The notes under the pieces are model-generated. The model had not been told where the DNA came from. It saw nothing but the letters and a program-made list of their open reading frames with translations, and searched no databases. 34,301 nucleotides of DNA from Candidatus Fervidifonticultor sextus (GTDB lineage Bacteria > Sysuimicrobiota > Sysuimicrobiia > Sysuimicrobiales > Humicultoraceae). This document shows, piece by piece, positions 27,741 to 34,301 of the stretch (the stretch's first letter is position 1; every line of letters begins with the position of its first letter). The translations under genes were made by a program, and so were the position numbers. The DNA is taken from positions 1-34,301 of the forward strand of contig JAVKHQ010000027.1 in NCBI GenBank assembly GCA_031459875.1. Direction: 5' to 3'.

Positions 27741-28736
27741 ATGAAAGTTCATCGCCTGTTGATTGCGTTCGCAGTGCTTGCGCTGGTCCTGGCCGGGCCT
27801 GCGGCCCAGGCCCAACCCAAGCCAGGGTGGCCCAGGAGCGTGACGATCGGCTCCGCGTCCATCGGCGGCGTCTACTTCGTCGTGGCCGGCGGCTATGCCC
27901 GGGTCATCGGAGAAAAGATGGGGCTGGCGGCCACGAACCGGGTGACCGGCGGTCCGGTCCAGAACGTGCAGCTGGTCGCGACGAAGGAAATCGAGTTGGG
28001 CATGACGACCATGGGTCCGGCGTACGAGGCGTTCAACGGGATCGGGGAGTTCAAGGGCAGGAAGCTGGACATGATCCGCATCGCGTTCCCCATGTACACC
28101 TCCTACGCCCACTGGATGGTCAACGCCGACTCGCCCATCCGCTCGGTGACCGATCTGACCGGCCGCGTGGTCAGCCTGGGTCCGCGGGGCGGGTCGGCGG
28201 AGTTCGTGGGCGACCGGGTGCTGGAGTTGTTCAACGTCAGGCCGCGGCGGGTCGTCTATCTGGGCTTCGCCGACGGCGCCACCGCCATGCGGGACGGCGT
28301 GGTGGACGCCAACTTTGGCGTCATCGGCATCCCGGTCCCCGCGTGGGTGGAGGCGTCCATCACCCGTCCGACCCGGTTCTTCGGGTTCACCAAGGAGCAG
28401 ATCGAGACCCTGACCAGCCGCTACCCCTACCTCGCCCGCGCGGCGATCCGGGCCGGCGTCTACCGCGGCCAGGACGAGGTGATCCACACCGTCCAGATGT
28501 GGAACGCCGCGGTCGTGCACAAGGACATGCCGGAAGACTTCGTCTACGAACTGGTGAAGACCATCTTCGCCAACCGCGACTTTTTGGCCACCGTCCATCC
28601 GACGTCCAACGAAACGCTGCCGGTCAACGTCTTTTACACCCGGCTGCCGCTGCACCCCGGCGCGGTGAAGTATTTCCGCGAGCAAGGGGTGAGGCTGACC
28701 GATGACCAGATCCCGCCGGACATGAAACGGGGTTGA
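27741..28736 (+). CDS. TAXI-family TRAP transporter solute-binding protein
   Basis: Signal peptide; IGSASIGGVY, TGGPVQN, DLTGRVVSLGPRGG, PLHPGAVKYFRE. ATG after GGGAG. Confidence 0.93.
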   Translation: MKVHRLLIAFAVLALVLAGPAAQAQPKPGWPRSVTIGSASIGGVYFVVAGGYARVIGEKMGLAATNRVTGGPVQNVQLVATKEIELGMTTMGPAYEAFNGIGEFKGRKLDMIRIAFPMYTSYAHWMVNADSPIRSVTDLTGRVVSLGPRGGSAEFVGDRVLELFNVRPRRVVYLGFADGATAMRDGVVDANFGVIGIPVPAWVEASITRPTRFFGFTKEQIETLTSRYPYLARAAIRAGVYRGQDEVIHTVQMWNAAVVHKDMPEDFVYELVKTIFANRDFLATVHPTSNETLPVNVFYTRLPLHPGAVKYFREQGVRLTDDQIPPDMKRG

Positions 28737-28792
28737 CCACGGTGAGATCCGCCGGAACTGGAGCCGGCACCGCCATGCCCGCGGGCTGACCG

Positions 28793-30751
28793 GTGGCAGA
28801 TCCCACTTCCGGGCTCCCGGTCGACATCCAGCAGCTGGGAGACACCTCGGAGATCCGCACCCGGCATCTCCGGGGTGTGTTCGCGTTGCTGGTCCAGGCG
28901 CTGGGCGTGGTGATGGCCGCCTACCACATCCTGCAGCTCGGCGGGTTCTTCGGCATCGTCACCGATCCCCAGAAGCTGTACACCGTCCACCTGACGTTTG
29001 TGCTCGTGCTGGCCTTTCTGCTGCTCCCCGGCCGCCGCGGGGAGGCGGGGCCCACGCCTATCGACTGGGCGTTGATCGCCGCCAGTCTGGTGGTCCTGGT
29101 CTACGTCTTCGCCGTGTTCAAGGAGCTGACCGGGCGCGCCGGAGTCTTCCCCACGCGCGAGGATGTCATCGTCGGGACGCTCCTCGTCGTCGCGGTCCTG
29201 GAAGCCGCCCGCCGCTCCACGGGTCTGGCGCTGCCCGTCCTGTGCGGTATCTTCATCCTCTATGTCTTCGTCGGGCCCTGGCTGCCAGGACTGCTGGCGC
29301 ACAAAGGCTTTCGGTTCGCCTCGCTCATCTCGTTCCTGTTCAGCGACAACGGCATCTACGGGGTGCCCATCGGCGTCTCGGCGCGCTATGTCTACCTGTT
29401 TATCCTGTTTGGGGCCTTCATCGAGGCGTCAGGGATCGGCAAGTTCATCGTGCACCTGGCGCTGTCCATCGCTGGCAGCAGGCGCGGTGGGCCTGCCAAG
29501 GTCTCCATCATCACCAGCAGCCTCTTCGGGACAGCCAGCGGGTCATCGGTGGCCAACGTCATGGTGGATGGGGTTATCAACATCCCCCTGATGAAGGCCA
29601 CCGGCTTCCGGGGCGCGGTGGCCGGCGGGGTGGAGGCCATGAACAGCACCGGCGGACAGATCGTCCCGCCGGTCATGGGCGCGGCGGCCTTCCTGATGGC
29701 GGATATCATCGGCGTCCCCTACTCGCAGATCGCCATCGCCGCTGTCGGTCCCGCATTGCTCTACTATGTGGCGGCCTACTGGATGATCGACTTCTACGCC
29801 GCGTCGGCCCACCTGCACGGGTTGCCCCGGGAGCAGTTGCCGCGGTTTCGGGCGGTCATCCTCCAGCACGGGTACCTGCTGCTGCCCTTAGTCGTGCTCC
29901 TCTACATGATCATGGGTGCCGGCGCCTCGCCCTTCCGCGCCGCGCTGTACGCGCTGGCGACCACAGTGGTCCTCTCCTGGCTGCGCGCCGACACGCGGCT
30001 GGATCTCCGCAAGATCGTCGGCGCCATGGAGGACGGCGCCAAACGCACTATCGAGATCGGCGCGACCTGCGCCGCGGCGGGGATCATCGTCGGAGTCCTG
30101 TCGCTGACCGGGCTCGGCGGAAAGTTTTCAGAGCTGCTCATCGACATCGCTGGCGGTCGTCTGCTCTTAGCGCTGGTTGCGACCATGATCGTCGCCATCG
30201 TCCTGGGCATGGGGATGCCGACCACCGCTGCCTACGCCATCGGGGCCAGCGTGCTGGCGCCGGCGCTGATCAAACTGGGCGTGGCGCCGCTCGCCGCGCA
30301 CATGTTCCTCTTCTACTTCGCGGTCATCTCGGCGGTGACGCCGCCGGTGGCCCTGGCCTCCTTCGCCGCAGCCAGCCTGGCCAAGGCGCCCATGTGGGAG
30401 ACCGCCCTGCAGGCGGTCCGACTCTCGATCGCCGGGTTCATCGTCCCCTACATGTTCGTCTACGGCCCGGCGCTGCTGGTCGGCATGGACGCCTGGCAGT
30501 CGACGATCCTGGCACTGGCCACCGCGACGATCGGCACCCTGTGCCTGGCCGGCGCCGCGATCGGCTACCTCCTGCGGCCGGCCCTGATGGTGGAACGCGT
30601 CCTGCTGCTGGTGGCGGCGCTGACGCTGATCCGGCCTGGGATCAGCACCGATCTGATCGGCCTGGGGCTGCTCGGGCTGGTCATCATCCTGCAGCGCGCG
30701 CGGAGGGCCCCCGCCAGTCCGACGGCCCTCCCCGCTGCCGCCGACCGGTAG
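28793..30751 (+). CDS. TRAP transporter fused 4TM/12TM permease (TAXI type)
   Basis: LEAARR, GGPAKV, SGSSVANV, STGGQIVPPVMGAAAF, LGMGMPT, TPPVALASFAA. Confidence 0.95.
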   Translation: MADPTSGLPVDIQQLGDTSEIRTRHLRGVFALLVQALGVVMAAYHILQLGGFFGIVTDPQKLYTVHLTFVLVLAFLLLPGRRGEAGPTPIDWALIAASLVVLVYVFAVFKELTGRAGVFPTREDVIVGTLLVVAVLEAARRSTGLALPVLCGIFILYVFVGPWLPGLLAHKGFRFASLISFLFSDNGIYGVPIGVSARYVYLFILFGAFIEASGIGKFIVHLALSIAGSRRGGPAKVSIITSSLFGTASGSSVANVMVDGVINIPLMKATGFRGAVAGGVEAMNSTGGQIVPPVMGAAAFLMADIIGVPYSQIAIAAVGPALLYYVAAYWMIDFYAASAHLHGLPREQLPRFRAVILQHGYLLLPLVVLLYMIMGAGASPFRAALYALATTVVLSWLRADTRLDLRKIVGAMEDGAKRTIEIGATCAAAGIIVGVLSLTGLGGKFSELLIDIAGGRLLLALVATMIVAIVLGMGMPTTAAYAIGASVLAPALIKLGVAPLAAHMFLFYFAVISAVTPPVALASFAAASLAKAPMWETALQAVRLSIAGFIVPYMFVYGPALLVGMDAWQSTILALATATIGTLCLAGAAIGYLLRPALMVERVLLLVAALTLIRPGISTDLIGLGLLGLVIILQRARRAPASPTALPAAADR

Positions 30752-30861
30752 CGTCCCGCCGAAGGGCTTACCGGCGTATCGTCTGCCCGGCAGGACCCAT
30801 CGGAGCCCTACAACCCCGACCGTGCGTGCCGATAGACATGGCGGGAGGTGGCTGCCGTGCC

Positions 30862-32394
30862 ATGCTGGCCTCCATCCTGAGCGCCACCCTTGTCGGCCTG
30901 GAGGCGCTGCCGGTGTCCGTGGAAGTCGACATCGGGCCCGGCCTGCCGTCGTTTGCCATCGTGGGCCTGCCTGATGCGGCGGTGCAGGAGGCCCGCGAGC
31001 GCGTCCGCGCCGCGATCCGCAACTCCGACTTCGCCATGCCCCCGCGCCGCACCGTGGTGAACCTGGCCCCCGGCGACCGGCGCAAGGAAGGGCCGGCGTT
31101 CGACCTCCCGATCGCCCTGGCCGTGCTGGTCGCCACCGGCCAGCTGCGTCCTGACCTGGTCGCGGGCTACCTGGCGCTGGGCGAACTGGCGCTGGACGGC
31201 AGCCTGCGGCCCACCCCGGGGACCATCGCCGTCGCGCGGGCAGCTCCCACCATCGGAGCACGGGGCCTGCTGGTGCCCGAGCCCAATGCCCGCGAGGCCG
31301 CCGTCGTGGAGGAGGTGCCCGTGTATGGATGCGCGACCCTGCGGGCCGCCGTGGAGCACCTGGCAGGCTCCCGGCCGCTGGCGCCGCTGCGCGCCGCGGC
31401 CGGCCAGCCGCCACCGGAATCGGACGCTCCCGAAGATCTCGTGGAGGTGCGCGGGCAGGCGGCGGCGCGCCGTGCGCTGGAGATTGCCGCGGCGGGCGGG
31501 CTCAACCTCCTGCTGGTCGGCCCGCCGGGCGTCGGCAAGACCATGCTGGCCCGGCGCCTGCCCACGATCCTCCCGCCGCTGGAACGCACGGAGGCCCTGG
31601 AGGTGACTACGATCTACAGCGTGGCCGGCCTGCTGCCCGCCTACAGCGGGCTGCTGTGGCGCCGGCCGTTCCGCGCGCCGCACCACACCGCGACGGCCTC
31701 CGCCCTCATCGGCGGCGGAGCCGGCTCGCGGCCCGGTGAGGTGACGCTGGCACACCACGGCGTGCTCTTCCTGGACGAGTTGCCGGAGTTCCGACACGAT
31801 GCCCTCGAGGCGCTCCGTCAACCGCTGGAAGACGGGGCGGTCAGCGTCGCGCGTGCCGCCGGGACCGTGCGCCACCCTGCGCGGTTCGCGCTGGTCGGCG
31901 CCATGAATCCCTGTCCCTGCGGCTTCCGCGGCGATCCGCGGCGGGAGTGCACGTGCACCCCCGCACAGGTGCAGCGCTATCTGGCCCGGCTGTCGGGGCC
32001 GCTGCTGGACCGCATCGACCTCCACGTGGAGGTCCCAAGGCCCGCCGCGATCGAGGTGCTGACCGGCCCGGGCGGCGAACCGTCGCAGGCGGTCAGGGTT
32101 CGCGTGGTCGCGGCGCGCGCCCGCGCCGCCGCTCGCGTGGGCCGCGCCTCGATGCGGGCGCCGCGCGGCCCGGCGCGCTGGGGTCCGGTGGAGCCCGAGG
32201 TCCTGGCCTTCCTGCGTGCGGCCGGTGATCGGCTGGGATTCGGCGCGCGCGCGATGGAGCGCACGCTGCGCGTGGCGCGCGTCATCGCCGATCTCGACGC
32301 CGCCGAGGCCGTCGGACGCGCCCACGTGGCCGAGGCGCTGCAATACCGCGTCCTCGACCGCGCGCGGGCTCCGGCCCTTGACACCCTGTGCTAG
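30862..32394 (+). CDS. yifB: YifB/ComM family Mg-chelatase-like AAA+ ATPase
   Basis: VGLPDAAVQEARERVR, VNLAP, GPPGVGKT, RPFRAPHH, GVLFLDE, AMNPCPCG, SGPLLDRID. True ATG at 30862 after GGAGGTG. Confidence 0.95.
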   Translation: MLASILSATLVGLEALPVSVEVDIGPGLPSFAIVGLPDAAVQEARERVRAAIRNSDFAMPPRRTVVNLAPGDRRKEGPAFDLPIALAVLVATGQLRPDLVAGYLALGELALDGSLRPTPGTIAVARAAPTIGARGLLVPEPNAREAAVVEEVPVYGCATLRAAVEHLAGSRPLAPLRAAAGQPPPESDAPEDLVEVRGQAAARRALEIAAAGGLNLLLVGPPGVGKTMLARRLPTILPPLERTEALEVTTIYSVAGLLPAYSGLLWRRPFRAPHHTATASALIGGGAGSRPGEVTLAHHGVLFLDELPEFRHDALEALRQPLEDGAVSVARAAGTVRHPARFALVGAMNPCPCGFRGDPRRECTCTPAQVQRYLARLSGPLLDRIDLHVEVPRPAAIEVLTGPGGEPSQAVRVRVVAARARAAARVGRASMRAPRGPARWGPVEPEVLAFLRAAGDRLGFGARAMERTLRVARVIADLDAAEAVGRAHVAEALQYRVLDRARAPALDTLC

Positions 32395-32402
32395 AGTGTA
32401 GG

Positions 32403-33512
32403 ATGAACTTCGCGGCTGCCCCGTCTGACCGTGGGACGATCGCTGAGGCGGAGGTGGCCGCGAGCGTCGGACTCGGGCTGCTGCCCGGCGTGGGCCCGCG
32501 TACCATCAGACGGTGGCTCGATGCGGCGGGGTCGGCCGAAGCCGTCTGGCAGATGCTGCCCGGCCTGCTCGGCGCGCGGGCAGATCGCCATGAGGTGCTG
32601 GCCGCATGGCGCTCGGCGGATCCAGGCACCGTCGTCGGCACGGCGCGCGCCAAGGGGATGGCGGTCATCGCCTTCGCCGACCCCGCGTATCCGTGGCGGC
32701 TGCGCGCGATCCCCGACCCGCCTCCGGCGCTCTACGTGCGCGGGCGCCTCGATGAGGCGGCCGCGGTGGCGATCGTCGGGTCGCGCCGCGCCACGCCCTA
32801 CGGCCGGGCAGCCGCAGAGCGGCTGGCCTACGACCTGGCGCTCGCCGGCGTCACCGTCGTGAGCGGCCTGGCGCGCGGCATCGACGGCGCCGCGCATCAG
32901 GCCGCGCTCGATGCCGGCGGCCGGACGGTAGGGGTGCTCGGATGCGGGGCGGACGTGATCTACCCGCGCGAACACCGGCGGCTGGCTGCCGCCGTGGCCG
33001 CGTCGGGCGCGCTGGTCAGCGAGTTCCCACCGGGGACGCCGCCGCTGCCCGGCCACTTCCCGCGCCGCAACCGGCTGATCAGCGGCCTGGCGATGGGGGT
33101 GGTCGTCGTCGAAGGGACCGAGGACAGCGGGGCCCTGGTGACCGTGGACTACGCGCTGGATCAGGGCCGGGAGGTCTTCGCCGTGCCCGGCAGCATCTTC
33201 AGTCCCCGCAGCCGCGCGCCGCATGCGCTGTTGCGGGAGGGCGCGCGGGTGGTGGAGCGGGTCGAGGACATCTTGCACGAACTGGGCCTGCAGACCGCGC
33301 AACCGCGGGCGGTGGTCATCGGGTCGGGCGATGAGGCCCGCCTGCTGGCCCTCCTGGAGGCCGGGCCGCGGCAGGTCGACGACCTGGTCGAGGCGAGCGG
33401 GCTGCCGGCGGCGCGCATCGCGGTCCTGATCACCACGCTGGAGGTGCGCGGTCTGGTCCGGACGCTTCCCGGGCAGATGGTCATGCAGACCCCACGAGGG
33501 GTGAGGCGGTGA
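32403..33512 (+). CDS. dprA: DNA-processing protein DprA
   Basis: [43 protein letters not shown]-terminal winged helix. Confidence 0.96.
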   Translation: MNFAAAPSDRGTIAEAEVAASVGLGLLPGVGPRTIRRWLDAAGSAEAVWQMLPGLLGARADRHEVLAAWRSADPGTVVGTARAKGMAVIAFADPAYPWRLRAIPDPPPALYVRGRLDEAAAVAIVGSRRATPYGRAAAERLAYDLALAGVTVVSGLARGIDGAAHQAALDAGGRTVGVLGCGADVIYPREHRRLAAAVAASGALVSEFPPGTPPLPGHFPRRNRLISGLAMGVVVVEGTEDSGALVTVDYALDQGREVFAVPGSIFSPRSRAPHALLREGARVVERVEDILHELGLQTAQPRAVVIGSGDEARLLALLEAGPRQVDDLVEASGLPAARIAVLITTLEVRGLVRTLPGQMVMQTPRGVRR

Positions 33513-33516
33513 AGGT

Positions 33517-34301
33517 GTGAGCCAGCCCAAGGCCCTGGTGGTCGTGGAATCGCCGACCAAGGCCCGGACGCTGTCCCGGCTGCTGTCCAGGCCCTACGAG
33601 GTCAAGGCGTCCATGGGCCACGTCAAGGACCTCCCCAAGAGCCAGCTGGGCGTGAACGTCGAGGACAACTTCGCGCCCAAGTACATCGTCATCAAGGGAA
33701 AGGGCCCCATCCTCAAGGACCTCAAGGAAGCCGCTAAGCGGGCCCAGGCGGTCTACATGGCCACCGACCCCGACCGGGAAGGCGAGGCCATCTCCTGGCA
33801 CCTCTTTGAGGTCCTGCGGCCCGTCAACCCCACGATCCGGCGCATCGAGTTCCACGAGGTCACCAAGGAAGCGGTCCAGCGGGCCCTGAAGCATCCGCGC
33901 GAGATCGACCAGAACCTGGTCTGGGCCCAGCAGGCGCGCCGGATCCTCGACCGCCTGGTCGGCTACAAGTTGAGCCCGCTGCTGTGGCGCAAGATCCGGG
34001 GCGGGTTGTCCGCCGGGCGCGTCCAATCGGTCGCCGTGCGCCTGATCGTGGACCGCGAGCGCGAAATCGAAGCCTTCGTCCCCAAGGAGTACTGGTCGAT
34101 TGCCGGCCTCTTCCGCACCGAGGGTGGGCAGACGTTCGTCGCACGGCTGGCGTCCCGCAACGGCCAGCGGTACGGCACACCGTCGGACGAGGGCGCCGTG
34201 GTCATTGCCACGGAGGCGGAGGCCCGCGCCCTGGTCCTGGCCGCGCGGCCACAGGCCTATGCCGTCGGCGAGGTCCGGCGCAAGGACCAGGCGCGCCATC
34301 C
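33517..34301 (+). CDS. topA: DNA topoisomerase I (3'-truncated by the window; missing from the ORF track)
   Basis: Manual translation from GTG 33517: [52 protein letters not shown]. Confidence 0.97.
   Translation, partial: MSQPKALVVVESPTKARTLSRLLSRPYEVKASMGHVKDLPKSQLGVNVEDNFAPKYIVIKGKGPILKDLKEAAKRAQAVYMATDPDREGEAISWHLFEVLRPVNPTIRRIEFHEVTKEAVQRALKHPREIDQNLVWAQQARRILDRLVGYKLSPLLWRKIRGGLSAGRVQSVAVRLIVDREREIEAFVPKEYWSIAGLFRTEGGQTFVARLASRNGQRYGTPSDEGAVVIATEAEARALVLAARPQAYAVGEVRRKDQARH

Noticed and set aside
29242..32394. Apparent 1050-aa YifB with a long N-terminal extension
   Set aside because: The extension is an alternative frame of the TRAP permease with low-complexity Arg/Gly/Pro content; the real start is ATG 30862 with an RBS.

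Overview
A very GC-rich bacterial chromosome segment with a Firmicutes-like housekeeping gene order; the lineage cannot be fixed from the sequence, although a high-GC Terrabacteria group is plausible. Plus strand, left to right: 3' end of a probable PASTA/Ser-Thr kinase gene, rpe, a histone-deacetylase-family enzyme, rpsA, tRNA-Pro(CGG), a small atypical islet with a HAD hydrolase, DUF402, a GT4 glycosyltransferase, smc, ftsY, an unusual YlxM-methyltransferase fusion, ffh, rpsP, khpA, ylqD, rimM, trmD, rplS, lepB, rnhB and yraN. A ~12 kb block then interrupts the usual yraN-yifB-dprA-topA order. It holds a minus-strand, translationally coupled operon (BldC/excisionase-like HTH regulator with a globin-like C-terminus, hemC, hemD, hemB, chdC, a radical SAM/SPASM protein, hemE, cpfC, cgoX) covering ALA to heme b with no hemA/hemL, plus a divergent TAXI-TRAP transporter. 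The best candidates for something new are (1) this regulator, its 10-bp-phased repeat array and the heme/TAXI module, and (2) the YlxM-YbxB/RsmC-like fusion behind a palindromic operator-like site in the SRP operon. All family assignments come from motif recognition, not database searches.
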